Positions 38,719 through 52,500 are shown, numbered from the stretch's first letter. The stretch is DNA of 64,000 nucleotides from Marsupella aquatica (GCA_973895155.1 OZ316891.1:29127611-29191610); one strand, 5' to 3'. The notes: a model not told the origin generated them from the sequence alone. Made by a program: numbers and translations.

Positions 38719-41064
38719 TAATTGTTTTTGAATTAATGCTTCTGTTACCATTGAGAGGATAGTGTGAGCATTAAGGGGGGATTTACAAGAACCTCGACAA
38801 GAACTAGGCACCAGTTCTTTCTTTTTGTCTATGCCTGACATGCAATCCTAGCCATTCAAATGTGAGAACCGGCCAGACTTCACTTTACATGAACTTGGGG
38901 GCACACTCAAGCACAACCATTATAATAGTGTTTTGCCAATATGCACATCTTTGTTGGTCAAAAACTTAGACCTCCTTTTGAGTTATAGAAATTTGGACCA
39001 AACAACAATTCTTCACATGTACTTTCTCATGAGCTATGGATTCTTAAGGACTTTTTCCATAGTGGTGTCTTGTGGGTGTAGTGTGCAATTGAGTGCTCTC
39101 ATGTTCCTAATTGTTGTGTAGTCTGGAGCTGACTATTTCTTACACAACTGCCCCCATTGCTTTGGATGGAAAACACTCAAGGAGCTCACCTTCTTTTTGC
39201 CTTGAACACAAAAAGCAGGCCCATCCAACAAAGGATAGGCGTCCTGCTATGGAGCATGTGATTTCATGTAGGATAGCCACATGGCTAGGGGACAACACCC
39301 CCTGGGCCCTCACTCTTTGTATATTATACAATCATACCCGTGAGCCTCCCCTACACAGGTATCCTTTCTTATTAATTTTTCTCCTATACAGATTATCCTT
39401 GTTTTTTATAAAAACCAAAAATTTCCTCTTATTAAAGTATCTTCACTGTATTACAAAAGGGAGTTTTGGGCACTAATAATTATCCTTCATATATTACAAT
39501 TTCACTCCACACACCCGGTCCATCCCCCATCGCCCCCGGGATCGCCCCCAATCCTCCGTTCAAAACTTTTCTGGCTTAGCATAGCTGCCAGTATTAACAT
39601 TTTAATCTATGAAGGAGATATGGATACTGTAAGGATAATACACGTGTACCAATTATAATTTGACATGTGTACCAACAATACAATGCCGCGTGTTGCTACC
39701 TATTGATTTACCCTTCCGCAAAAGTAAGAAGGATGTCATTTCAAGGGATCTTGCAAAATTACAAAGTGGTTTCGGTATATATGCGGAGGTTGCGGAATTG
39801 TAGCGAATTATAAAAATTACCGCCGAAGGGATAAAAATGACCCTTGAACGGTTCTCACATCCTCCTCGTATTAGAAAGGAGTGGGGGCCCAGGGACAACA
39901 CCATACCCAGGGAACCAACAGGGACCCACACCAAGAGGGAGAGAGAATAAAACTTGTGCCCCAAACGGGCTATCCAGGGGCTGAAGAGAAACCAATACTC
40001 CCACCACTACACCCCACGCACACGTACACACCAAACCAGGAGGGAAAGAGGGTTAAATCAAGATGTCTAGACAGAATGTACGTCCACATGAGATTAGACC
40101 TATTTGGTAAGAGGGTGTGCCTTAGGCCGCATCCGCCCCTAACCACCCTTTGCTTGTTTGCCTAGTGGTACGACAGACCAACCCTGCAGCTCTCCAATTC
40201 ACTTCCCCTCTTCAGACCCCGGTACCCCAAAACCATTTTCTGCTCATTTCTCAAAAACAATGAACTAATTTTAGATGCCTGTTTTTTGTGGAATGTTGTG
40301 AGATCTAGTTTGAGTTTCCCGTATAATTGGTGAACTAATGAATTGACACCCATATTGGAAAAATCCTAAAAATCAGATAATTATGCTCTTTCATATCCAG
40401 AATTGTACTCTATATAAAACAAGTAGTGTGCTATACCCAGAGTTCTTTATACAAATGCTTTTGGTTTAGCCTTGTGCTTCAGTTTCATGAAAAACTTCTA
40501 CTCAATAGACTCTTTGCCGGAGAAAGATTTCAAAATCAAGAAGCATTAAAGAGAAGCAAAACTCATCCAGGGCAATCAGCAGGGGACAGGCAAAGAGCTG
40601 GGGTCCAAGAGAGCATGCACAAGCGAACCAATCATCTAAACCAAATTTTGGAAGATTTGAGGGAATGCCTAGTACACTGTGTTGAGCCTTAACTGTTTTT
40701 GTGCGGACACTTCAAACTGACATGTCACGATAATGTGGGGAAACTAGGAGAGTCAATAGATCTCTAGATAACCACTTGCAATAAACCCACACTCCGTCCC
40801 TCCGACTTTTCAATCGGTTGCCAAAGTACGAAAGGCCATATTGAATCTGTGAAGAGTTTCTCTGAGGAAAACCCACCACATTTTCAATTGCCAAATTGTG
40901 TGCGTGGGGGAATCTGTAATCAATCACTCAATCAGGAAGCCCGATCGAGGTACCGTCCTATGTCGTCCAATGCTCGAACTAAGACCACGAAAAGAGGCCA
41001 TCTCATGTCGACAGTAAAACACAAAAGGCTGAGAAGTATGACATGCTTGACTCGGATTCTGTCA

Positions 41065-41305
41065 ATGACAGAGCAAAGCAATTCAGCGAATGCCAAAAGA
41101 CAGTCCAAATCTCCATCCAATGCAGATTTGAAGCTGAAAGTTCTTATTCAGAGCAGGATACTCGAATGCCAACAAATAGTCCAAATCTCCATCGGAGGCA
41201 GAATTGAAACAGAAACTTCTTATCGAGCGCAGGATGCTCACGATGCTCACATGCAAAAAAACAGACAAAAACTCCATCCATGGAAGAATTGAAACAGAAA
41301 TCTCC
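41065..41305. repeat. Three diverged ~75-bp tandem units downstream of the oxidoreductase
   Basis: CGAATGCCAA..AGTCCAAATCTCCATC...GCAGA.TTGAA.C.GAAA repeated. Confidence 0.7.
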
Positions 41306-41575
41306 TTTTTGCAGCATTTTGAAGTACCCTTCCCTTCCTGTAACAACATTTGATTCTATTTACAAGCTTCAGAGACTATCTTATAGGGATTGCCTTCTAG
41401 AGAATCGTACTTCTGACTGAGACCCGCAAGTATCTTGCACGTGTTGACTCGGTACTTAGTAGTTTCCGTGTACTTCAAATGTACGAACAACCAAACACAC
41501 TACAACTGCAGCGAAGCTGCGTTCTGACTCTGGTGAAGGTCTAACATCTCTCACATCGTTTCCTGGAGCTGTTTC

Positions 41576-42529
41576 TTATGGAATAGGGGATATGACTATT
41601 TTCCCAGTGGCTCGGCCAGATTCGAGATATGCCCATGCTTCTACCACGTCCGAAAATTTGTATGGACTCTTAGCATCAAGTATGGGCTTCAAAGTGCCAT
41701 CCTGAAGATACGGCTTCAGCTTTTCAAGGGTCTCACTCGTGGATAAAACCTCAAAATTGAGAATTGGAGGTTGTGCTTGACCATTGAAGACTAGGCCCTT
41801 ACCGTTCTCCTTCAATGCAAGCAGAGTCTCCCCTTTGCCAACTAGGTCAAGCACAACATCGTACTTCTCTGGATGATCTTTAAGATCTTCCTTTTTATAA
41901 TCGATGACAGTGTCTGCACCTAGGCCTTTCAAGAAGTCGACCTTCGGAGTACTCCCTGTTGCAGCGACCTTCGATGCTTTGAAAACATGCTTGGCAAGCT
42001 GAACTGCCAAAGATCCGACACCTCCTGCTCCTCCAAGGATCAACACCGTCCCACCCTCCTGAAGCCCTCCAAACTCCAAACTTTGATATGCTGTTTCAAT
42101 AACCACAGGCAAACTTGCTGCCTCGGCAAAATTTAGATTTTCGGGAATGGCAGCAATCAGCCTCTCTTCTACCGCACAGTATTGAGCGAGGGTACCGTAC
42201 TGCTTCGGGTTGTTCATTGCATGCTCACTAACATCTCCATACACTTTGTCTCCAACCTTGAATTTCGTCACAGCACTCCCCACTTGTACCACAACACCAG
42301 CCAAATCAAACCCAGGCACGGTCGGGAGGTCAGCATCCTTGGCGCCAATTTTCGAATAAAGTCCGACCCGCCGCATCGTATCAACGGGATTCAGCGATGC
42401 TGCGTGCACCTTGACCAACACTTGATCAGGTGCTGTTGAAGGCACCGTCACATCGCTTAAGCTGAGGATTTCCTTCGGCCCAAACTCTTTGTAAATCCAA
42501 GCCTTCTGAGTGTGAGGGATCGTCGTCAT
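41576..42529 (-). CDS. NADPH-dependent enone/quinone oxidoreductase (2-methylene-furan-3-one reductase / AOR-like, MDR superfamily), 317 aa, intronless
   Basis: QKAWIYKEFG, QVLVKVHAASLNPVD, PTVPGFDLAGVV, AASLPVVIETAY, LILGGAGGVGSLAVQLAKHVF, YLESGRATGKIVISPIP; uninterrupted ORF. Confidence 0.95.
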   Translation of the reverse strand: MTTIPHTQKAWIYKEFGPKEILSLSDVTVPSTAPDQVLVKVHAASLNPVDTMRRVGLYSKIGAKDADLPTVPGFDLAGVVVQVGSAVTKFKVGDKVYGDVSEHAMNNPKQYGTLAQYCAVEERLIAAIPENLNFAEAASLPVVIETAYQSLEFGGLQEGGTVLILGGAGGVGSLAVQLAKHVFKASKVAATGSTPKVDFLKGLGADTVIDYKKEDLKDHPEKYDVVLDLVGKGETLLALKENGKGLVFNGQAQPPILNFEVLSTSETLEKLKPYLQDGTLKPILDAKSPYKFSDVVEAWAYLESGRATGKIVISPIP

Positions 42530-42666
42530 CTTGCTGGCCTGTTCGATTCCTGCTCTGCTCTGTGACGTCTCTGTGCCTTCTCTTCTCTCGCCGTCTCTGT
42601 GAACTTCTGCTCTACCAGGATCGTCAATTCCACTCCGCTCTCTGCAGAACTTCGAGCTTCAAATGA

Positions 42667-42677
42667 TTATATATATG
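42667..42677 (-). promoter_or_regulatory. Probable TATA box of the oxidoreductase
   Basis: TATATATAA ~140 bp upstream of the ATG, followed by a GA-rich leader. Confidence 0.55.
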
Positions 42678-43257
42678 TTCAATGTATGTACCACGTTACC
42701 ACCTCCTGCAATCCAAAGCCCATTTCTCGGGTTATCAGCAGGGCCCACCTAAGGAATCCTGCGAACGACGAAGGTGCACTCGAAAGAGGCACCCTCTGCG
42801 GCATTTTTGCAATCACAAATCCAGAAGTCGTCGGTCAGGCGTCGAATTCGGAAAAGTTGAGAACCCAGATGATCCCTGCACCAGCTCGTGCTGAACAGGA
42901 CGCACTTGTCGAATCCGCCCAAATCTCCAAGTAAGCCAAACAAATTCCTCCGCTCATGGGTAAGTTCCACCTCGACGAAACACAGCGGATTGCTTCCTCG
43001 ATCTCGCATCCTGCCCACGAGCTGCTCTTGTCGCCTTATAGCCCGACGACTTTGAGAGGGGACTTTCTCAACGGCTATTTTTTTGCTTGCCTTGAAAGCA
43101 CTAGACCCATAGAGGTTATATACTTTGGAATTTTGGATAGACCCATAGACTTTATACTTTGGAGTATGCACTACTATAGGGTGGGTCCCGGTAACATCAA
43201 AATATGACATATAAGGTGTAAAACATCACTCCATATCATGATAAATCTCACCAGGCC

Positions 43258-43416
43258 TGTGACAGAAGGGGTAGGTCACAAAGGCTGCATGATTACACTG
43301 TTACTAGGTGTTTACAGAAGGGGTAGGTCATAAAGCTGCAGGATTACACGGCTACTAGGTGTTGACAAAAGGGGTAGGTCACAAAGGCTGCACGATTACA
43401 CTGCTACTAGGTGTGT
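43258..43416. repeat. Minisatellite, 3 x ~53 bp
   Basis: ACAGAAGGGGTAGGTCACAAAGGCTGCATGATTACACTGTTACTAGGTGTT x3. Confidence 0.9.
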
Positions 43417-45232
43417 TAAACCACAACTCAGGGTATAAGATGACCACCAGCCCTGCCCAAAGCCATAATCACCCTGCCCGTGTCAGACTGATATTCCCTG
43501 GTCACCCGTGGTTTGCAGTGCCTGCCCTAGCTACAAGTCACGGCCTCTCTTCCCATACTCAGTGCCTCCCTTCCGAATCTGAGTAGCTCGCAGCCATAGC
43601 TGGAGCTTGAAGCAGCTCTTCGAAGTAGCTCGGAGGCCGCTGCTCGCCTCCTCAAACCTCGTGGCTGTCTCTTGGTGGTTATATTTTCTGCGGATGAAAA
43701 CCATGTTTCAAACATGACTGACGGCATTTCCACTTATTCTTGAAAACCCAAGACTTATTTGGAAATGAGTTCAAGAGAGTGTTGCATCATGGAAAAGAAT
43801 ATATTTTGTCTTCAACAACTTGTCTTGCAACTTGTTTGCAGTTCACTTGACTTTGTTTGGGGCCAAATTGACTGATTAGAGAGTGACGCCGAGGTGAAGT
43901 CACATCTGATAAAACTTGAAGCTTTCACCCCATTTTATTGTGTTTTGTGATCTTTCAATTTTATATGAAATCTGACCATTCGGCATACAAGCACCCTAAT
44001 ATTTGTTTCACAACCATTTAAACAATTAGCAGATAAGGACCCAAACTGCCCTAGGTTGCCTATGCAAAAACTAATACATGGTTAAGTCATACTATTTTGG
44101 CAACTCTACAACAATAGAGTGAAGTTGAACACAATTAATGCCCTCGATAGGTTATTAATTTAGATTTATTTTATTGTCCAATATCCGGAAGTTAGAAGTT
44201 CCATTTTGAGCCCCAGCCCTATCGGGTCCCACTTGGTAGTCTTGACCAGCATAATATAACTCTGGGCACAATTCAAATGGTATAGACATGGACTTTTAGG
44301 TATTCTCTACTGAACTTTTTTGGACGGCTTTGCATCCTGCTGAGTTCCTTTGTGCAAAGCAGATAAATGGCAAATAAGTGGAATTTGGTGTGGATGAGTC
44401 TTGCTGAGAAAAACAATACAAAGTAATTTGCAGAGATGGTACCTTGCGGAGACAGAACTTTTGGAAGCATTTATGGGCCCCCATCACAAAAGCTCAACAT
44501 AGTTAAGCCCAATAACCTAATTAGTTCTTGATTAATATCACACCTAACCTAAGTAAAAGTACACCCAACCCATTCTCCTCTAATAACTCAAACATAAATC
44601 TAGTAAGATTTGTGTTTTAAAATGCGTGGGAAGTTTAGAAAAAGAGGAAAAGAAGATATTTTTCCTTTTTGATTTTGATTTCATAATTTTTACTTTATTG
44701 AAAACTCCCTTAACTAGTGTTTGCCCCCTCTCGCAAAAAAAATGATAAAAACAAGGATCATTTTGAACAAAGATTTATAAAAACCAAAAGCTCTCCCTCT
44801 CTTTGTCTTTCTTTCCTCCCCTTAAAGTACCCTTAAACCTCCATCCCACCCACCCTAAAAGGTTGAAAATAACTAATGCAAAGAATAAAATATCTCAACA
44901 ATTGAAAAAAATATTCCTTTACCCTTTTTCATCCCTCCCCTTATAGTAACCTTAATACTCCATCCCGACCAAAGAATCAAAATGTCTATTTTTTGTCTTT
45001 TTATTACTCCTCTCCTTTAAGATACCCTTAATCCTATGTAACAGGCCCACCCTCAAACAAATAAAATAATCTAAAAGAGATTACGGGAGAGACCATTCAC
45101 GTGTTCCATATCCATCCTTTCTCCTAAACAAACAGGAAGAAGAAGAAATAGAAACACAAAAAGTCCCTTCAAAGATGTTCTTATTGAGCGACTTCAAAAG
45201 AGTTGTTCATCTTCCCTGGTGAACCATTTCAC

Positions 45233-46634
45233 GAGGGATATGCTTTATACACCCCCTCCTGGAGATAGTTTGCTTGATCAGCCCCCTGGAAACATTTTTG
45301 CCCCAAACTACCCCCTCTTTATGATATGTACCCTTTGTTCTTCTAAAAGTTTTTATAAAGTTTTTGCCTTACAAAGACCAAATTGGGTCACTTGTCACTG
45401 TAGCCATTTCAACCACGAACCATGCTGAAAATCACAGTGACCGAGCGTTGTAGAGCCACAACCATTCCCGGGCCACAAACTGAAGTGTAGGCGTTGAATG
45501 TTTGCGCAGCCTACAGGTACATTGACATTAGGGTTATTCTCATGCAAAGACATTAACATGAATGTCTTCACTTTCTAAACATCATTCCGCATTTTTCTGA
45601 TATCCTCCCAATCCGTCTTTTTCGTCCACGCTCACGGTGACAAGTTCTCTGCAGCTTTTCACGAGGCACATGGTTCACATGTGCAACTGATCAAAGTGAG
45701 GTTTAAGGAATCATGGGAGGATATAAAAAACGCCCTAAGTTACCCTAGATACCCCTTCATATGGAGAGTTTCTGTAATTTAATTGGTAATCTCCAATCAT
45801 GATTCAGTCATGGTTTCAAGATATGAATGCACGTTTGGGAAGACAATATGGACATTGTCTTCCCACCACACTTAGCATTGTCTTCCCACCTAAATTCAAT
45901 TTGCAATTAGTGATAGATACGGTCCCCCATTAACATTTCACTGGCTCGTTTGGTAATGTAAGACCTGGTTATTACTTACTCTTGGGTTGTTTCACTTTCA
46001 TTTATCGTCTTACTATATAGCCCTGGTTCTTGCTGAGTGCATTCATATCAACCATGACTGAATCATAACCCAACATTACCAATTAAATTATAGAAACTTT
46101 CATGTGAAGGGGTATTTAGGGTTTAGGGGTATTTAGGGTTTAGGGCATTTGTTTGATATCCTCCCATTCCTTAAACCTTATTTCAGTTGCACATGTGAAC
46201 CATGCCCCTCGTGACAAGCCACAGAGAAGTTGTCACCGTTCGAGGGTGGACAAAAAAGACAAAATGGGAGGATATCAGAAAAATGCGGAATGATGTTTAG
46301 AAAGTGAAGACCTTCATGTCAATGTCTTTGCATGAGAATAACCCTAATGTCGATGTACAGGCTGTGCAAACATTCAACGCCTACAGTTCAGTTTGTGGCC
46401 CGGGAATGGTTGCGGCTCGAGAACGCTCGGTCACAGCGATTTTGAGCATGGTTTGTGATTAAAATGGCTACATTGACAAGCAACCCAGTTTGGTCTTTGT
46501 AAGGCAGAAACTCACTTTATACAAACTTTTAGAAGGGTACGGATCATAAAGAGGAGGTCTATTGGGGCAAAAATGTTTCTAGGGGGCTAATCAAGCAAAC
46601 TATCTGCGAGAGGGGGCTATTAAGCATATCCCTC
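45233..46634. mobile_element. Non-autonomous Mutator-like/foldback element with ~600-bp TIRs and 9-10-bp TSD
   Basis: 45233-45830 is the reverse complement of ~46037-46634 (GAGGGATATGCTT...AAGCATATCCCTC); CCATTTCAC flanks both sides. Confidence 0.92.
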
Positions 46635-46684
46635 CCCATTTCACCCAAAGGAAATAAATAAAAATAGAAATCAAATCAAATAAA

Positions 46685-46870
46685 GACAATGGTGAGAGAA
46701 TAAAGTATAGTCATTGATGAGGGGCAATGGTGAGAGAATAAAGTATAGCCATTGATGAGGGGCATTCAATGTATTGTATTTTGTGTAAATTAAAATAAAG
46801 ATAATGGTGAGACCTGAGAGAATAAAGTAGAGACGTTGATGAGTGGCATTCAATGTATTGTCTTTTGTGT
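46685..46870. repeat. Short tandem repeats (~38 bp)
   Basis: CAATGGTGAGAGAATAAAGTATAG.CATTGATGAGGGG x2 plus a diverged third copy. Confidence 0.7.
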
Positions 46871-47239
46871 TTAGTACTGTATATTGTCTATAGTATGTGC
46901 AATAAGTGTAAAGGCAATGACAATAAATTAAAGAGTGTTGGAGGGAGGAGAGGGTATAATGTATTTGTGTGGAAATAGTATGCTTAGAAAAAAACTTTGG
47001 AGACATTTTTGGGCCCCCACCACAAAACTGAAAGTTGAGCCAAAAATATCCATGTAGTGTGGAAGACCTGGTTTTGGTCCACATCATGATAAATAAATCT
47101 AGTTTTATTCTTTAAATCAATGAATACACAATGTATATATAACATATAGTGTATGACATCACTCCATATCATGATAAATCTAGTTTTGTTTTAATTAATG
47201 AGTGCATAGGGTATATTCCCATATTTTGATGTGTGATTA

Positions 47240-47480
47240 CCAGCAGGGCTATAGGGTAGTACACAAGGGATACCCGGGTATCCGTACTAGGAAGAAGAGT
47301 GGGTTGGACTAAGATCACAAAGACACCAGCCAGAGGCCGAGGAGAAGCCAGTATTCCCATCACTACACCCCACCAACACAAACACACAATACCCTCCAGA
47401 CCCCTTGCGTGTGGAGGAGGGATTGAACCTGAGACCTCATTGTTCTAGGCTAAACTCTTGGCCAAATGGCCAAAACCAGT
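47240..47480 (-). mobile_element. tRNA-derived SINE
   Basis: Minus strand: box A TGGCCATTTGG (47472-47462), box B GGTTCAATCC (47429-47420) with tRNA-like spacing, followed by a non-tRNA body; no intact cloverleaf. 3' end approximate. Confidence 0.65.
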
Positions 47481-49329
47481 TGCTTCTTTCTCAACACTTT
47501 TGATGGATAAAGTTTATGATGTTTTCAATCATGGGCCCAGAAACTTACACTAAAGGGGAGCAACGTTGTTTCAATGCCAACCTCTTTGAAAAAATTCCTC
47601 TGGTTTTGGCTAAGGGTGGCTTAACAAGATATTAGTGACAGTTTACACTCCCCCCGCCAAACATGATAGTGTAATTCATATACAAAGTTACACTAATAAT
47701 GTTAGGTCACTCTGCTTGTGCTCCAAAGGCAAAAACTGCAATGTCCCACAAAGTCTTGAGAAACTCTCCAATGGAAGTACTTTCAATTGGTAAATGTATC
47801 AGCAGCTGGATTAATCTTGACTAGCTCAATCATTTTATGAGCTGTCGCTTGTCTGATAAAATGGTACATGAAGTGCATTATTGAGCTACTGTTCATCACC
47901 TAATTCACAACTAAGTAGATGTAAGGCCTCAGGCTATTAATACAATGAAGATTCACCACATCGCGTGTCAATTTCCCCTAACCATACTCACTCGGTCTCC
48001 CTTCATAACCACTTGAACCGTTGTTCCTTATGCTGCTAGCACATCAGCCTGTCTTTGCCTTGACCAATATCTTCTAGTATTATTTTACTCCAGACCGTCT
48101 CGACCTTCAGATATATGAGTAAAAAGGAGAATTGCAATCCAAGATATCATGATAAGATGCAATAGGATTGCAATAAACCCTGCACTCTCGAAAGTCTGGA
48201 AACGGAGGGCAATGTTATGCTCTTGAATCACTTCCCTGAATAAAAGTTTGAGGGAACATTAGAATGAATTTTAACTTGTAACGTTGAGTACCCATAGTCT
48301 CCCTTTAAATGTCATCAAAAGCCACCTTGTCTACTGAGGGTTTTCCCCACTTTGAGCTTCTGGCCAGTTGTGCAGCCTGTTTTCTCGGGTGGGGTCTTTA
48401 GAAATGATTGCAGACTCGAAAGGTTGTCAAACGAGTTAAAGAAAAGAATATATCTGAAAAGGAGATCGCATAAGAGCTCCAGATGATTTCCAAACAATTT
48501 TGCAGCTACATTGTTTTGGAACAGTAGGGCAACACAGATTTCAAATGAGATCATGGGAAAAGGCTTAATAATCTACAGGAGCACTGCTGCAGAGTAGGCT
48601 GTGTGAACACGGTTCTGAATGAAGGGTTGGGAGGGATAGCAAAACCTACTTGATCATTGGTTCTGGAGGTTGGATATGGTGAAGATACCCCCTCCTTCAA
48701 GCCATAATTATGATGTATAGTTTGAGAGAATTTATTCAAAACATAGATCTAGAAGAGAAGGTGTACAAATCATGGATGACATGTTCATACTTATATTCTC
48801 TTGTCGAAGAACAATTACATCTACAAAGTTTGAAGGTTATGAGCCATTACGAAGATGAAAGTACATGAGTGAAGAAGAGCGGCCTTAATTAAGTGCTTAT
48901 CGTCGCCCAACGCTCTGGATGTGAGGATTGGACAAGCGTACCAAATTGGTGTCACCATGGAGGATCATATGTAGATATTCATCTGTAGAATTGACTGCGT
49001 ATCGTGGGAACCTGAGCAAACGCATACGCTTTTGGGTTTGATGTATCGGTTTACTATGATTATTCATGAAAAGCATTCGCGTATTGCAGAAACTTAAAGA
49101 AAGGGGTGTGCCTTTGGGCTTGATTGAAAATGGCTTGGTTTTGTGTGGTTATCCTATTCTTTGTCTCAACAATCACCCTAATTGGTGGCCTTCGACATGC
49201 CGGTGTAATAGAGTAAGTTTTCAATCGTGATCACTTTAGAGAGTTCTAATTGTAGGCAATTTTCTGCTGGGTTTGCACTTTATTTCCCCTTGAGTTCTGT
49301 TTCCCGTTTCAAGGAAACAAAGTTGCAGA

Positions 49330-49570
49330 AAGAAAGAGAATTTGAAACAGTAACGATGGGCGTGATCCCTAATGATGTAAACTTCAGAATGCATGTGAAA
49401 GAAATTCAGAACGAGCATTATAGAAAGTTTGCATCGAATAGAGAATTTGGAACCGTAACGATGTTGTTTTGTCTATGCATTCTAAGAAATGAGGGACGTG
49501 ATCTCTAATGTTGTTAACTTCAGGATCCATGCGGAACAAATTCGGAATGAGCATTTTAGGAAGGCATTTG
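49330..49570. repeat. Diverged tandem duplication (~105-135 bp)
   Basis: AGAGAATTTG.AAC.GTAACGATG and CGTGATC.CTAATG.TGT.AACTTCAG..T.CATG..GAAATTC.GAA.GAGCATT each occur twice. Confidence 0.7.
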
Positions 49571-52500
49571 AGGCAGTCGTGGATGCTGGGACAGTTATCT
49601 CAGACAAGGTCAGGAACGCCATGCAATCTTCGTCACGATTTTCAAGAAACGTTGTTCAGATTGGTCTTCCTCCTTGTTATGTAACATCGATCATTCTTGC
49701 CATTGTCTTGAATTGAACACAAAAAAAATTACGGGAATGGATGGACGTGCATCCAAATAATGTCAGACACAAATCAATGTTTAACCTTCTAAATCAAGGC
49801 TGTTTTAGGTTCCTACAAGTAGTTAGAGGAAATCATGGTTTGATTGCCCAAGAATTTGAATCTACGATTGCACTTTATCACTCCATATTTTGCTTCTCTA
49901 ATCTTTAAATATTTCAGTCTCTTTGAGCGTCTCTCTACATCTTCGCCTAACGTGTGAGGTTCATTCTGCCTAAATGTCAATTATCATATCAAAGATTCAT
50001 ATATTAACGATGAGAAGTAAAAGAAACAGGTCGTAGTCCTCTCTATACCGCACGTTGCCAACCTATACGGTTAGGCCTTATTCATGGACTTGTAGTTTCC
50101 ATGCACGATTAATGTGTTCATTGGATCACGAATGTCCAAATCCTGATGGAGTTTGGTTGAAGCTTAGCTTGACAGTTCTATCATTCTCCTCCTTGGCATG
50201 GATCTAATTCCCCATAGTTTGATCATTCTCCTTGTTGTCATGCCGGTACTTCCCTCACGCTTACTTTCCTTGGAATTCCCTCACGCTTACTTTGATAAAC
50301 GTCTTCTTGTTATGATAGTTGTCTGAAGCATACACAACATTCGTGAGACGACCGGCAGCTGAATGACTCCGGTACCTCTTTTTCTTGAGCCCTTTCTTTT
50401 GATTTCATCTTGTAGCCAGAGAAAGAAATAAAAGCAAAACAACACCCCTAAATCTATATGCTCCAAAGGTTTCTTCACCACATAGATGAACATCCGCCAA
50501 AGTTATAATTCATTTTCTGTCCTCTTCAAATGTGCGTATACATATATACCAACAATGATGGTTCCACTGTCTCTTCCCTTCTCACTCTCATCTGGATTTC
50601 TTGTTTTTTCAATTTTGCCCTGCCCCCAATACTGACAAACATGCTTTAGTTTCTTCCAGTCGAATTTTCAATTGAAGACCTATTAAATGGTCCTCTTGTG
50701 CAGATAGGTTTCCCTTCTCCACCCAAAAAAACCAAACGTTGAGTAGAACTGCGCTGGGGTTTCATTCTTAGCACGTCTTGAATCAATGCAGTTTACGGGC
50801 CTCCCATCGATGCATCCTCTCAATTCTGAAAGCTTATTCGAGGTGAGGTCAGTTTCGTGACCAGGTTGTTGATTGTAGAGTATTTGAACAGGAAGTCTGA
50901 TTAATCAAGTCTAATGAACACACAAGAGATTATGGATATGTCTAATTTTCGCTTCTGAAGCCTGCAGATGACAAGGCGAACACTAGAAGTGGGATGGGCT
51001 ATTAGTTGTAACGAGCCGACCCCTACAGTAGCTGCTCCGCGGTTCTGCAACTTCATTTGCTGGAGAAAATATAGCTCGTTGGGTAGTGGAGAATCTTTCG
51101 GAAAGACGCAGCTCTCCTCTTTGGTCCCATCTATTCGGATCCATTGATTTCATTTCCGATGGAGACTCGGAGGGCTTATCCGTGTCGTGGGTTCTAAATG
51201 AATTGGGCATCACTTGAATTGATATCAAGAACAGCCTGCCATGCATAAAGCTAGGATGTGATTGTTCTCATTGAGCTTTAAGGGAGCCATTCTGGACATG
51301 ATTTTGCAAGTCAAGGCTGGAATAAACGTGCAGCTGTTCAGAACTGTTGATGTTTTGGTTTGATTTTGTAATTAAGACGGTATATCCTAATGGCTCACAG
51401 AGGAATGGTGTAGACACAGCAGCATGGCGTTGCCTATTGGAAATGCTTTGAAATATGGAATATTTGGTGCTCTGAGAGCCGCCAGAGCTTTGATCTCGAC
51501 AAATGAAATTTTATGCTTGTGAACCCCCCAGTTCATTATTCATGTTATAGTGATGTAAATTCTATCAATATCAAAATTGTTGCCTCACAAGCAACAAAAT
51601 AACTGTCCGAGTGAATCCCCGAGAAGGGATTTCTAAAACTTCTTATCACATAATGCTCCAGCAATCCAAATGATTAGCAGGGAACAATGCTCTAAGGGCA
51701 AAGGCTGAGATTTTACAATCACCTACCTGCGACTTCATTCCAGCAGACACTCATTGCCATTCGAGATCCTATCAGCGTTCCCCTTCATCGTGATCAGCAG
51801 ACTTTACAGACAGTGCATACTACCCAGCTGAGAACTATAGGTGCTCTCTACTCCATGGTGGGAACACATCGCTGCTCCAAGTCCACTTTGTCAAACCCAA
51901 ACACTACTTTAAATCGGGATTGATCATCACCTCCCTCCCTCTGACCAACTTGATCAAACCAAACCTCACCGATCTGTGACGTCGGCCCTCACGCGTGTTT
52001 GGGAGAGCAAAGGTGAGAACACCATCCTGTACAATCACAACTGTGGACTAGAATCAGAATTAAGGGTCCCTCCTTCGCGATACCAAAGACAAACTAAGGA
52101 CTCCAGGGCTAAATAAGGGGCCCTACAAACCCGTCACAACTCAGGGTAACTACAAAGTGAGAAGATAGATAGCTGAAACCCATTACCTGAGACCGTCACT
52201 TGATGGAGTTCTTTCACAGTGCCACTGTTAGTTGGTGAACTACTGACCTCAAAATTCCTAAAGAAAAATTCTTCCAGAACAGATTTCGTTTTCTTTTTCA
52301 AACTTTACCAAAAACTCTAATGAAATGCAAAGAATTGGATTTCATTCACGACTAAAGAAAACGTACCTCAATCCGTAATGCAGTACTCACTGGAGTCAAT
52401 GACGAAAAAGCACCGACTTCCAGTGTCCCTCGAGGGGTAACACTAAAGCTGATTTTGGATGGTACTCAACCTGCACAGTAAGTGAAGAGAACTGCAGTTA

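Noticed and set aside
46112-46146. Interstitial telomere
   Set aside because: Only about four TTTAGGG units, produced by a local duplication inside a TIR.
47400-47480. tRNA gene
   Set aside because: A and B boxes are present but acceptor and anticodon stems do not close; better explained as a SINE head.
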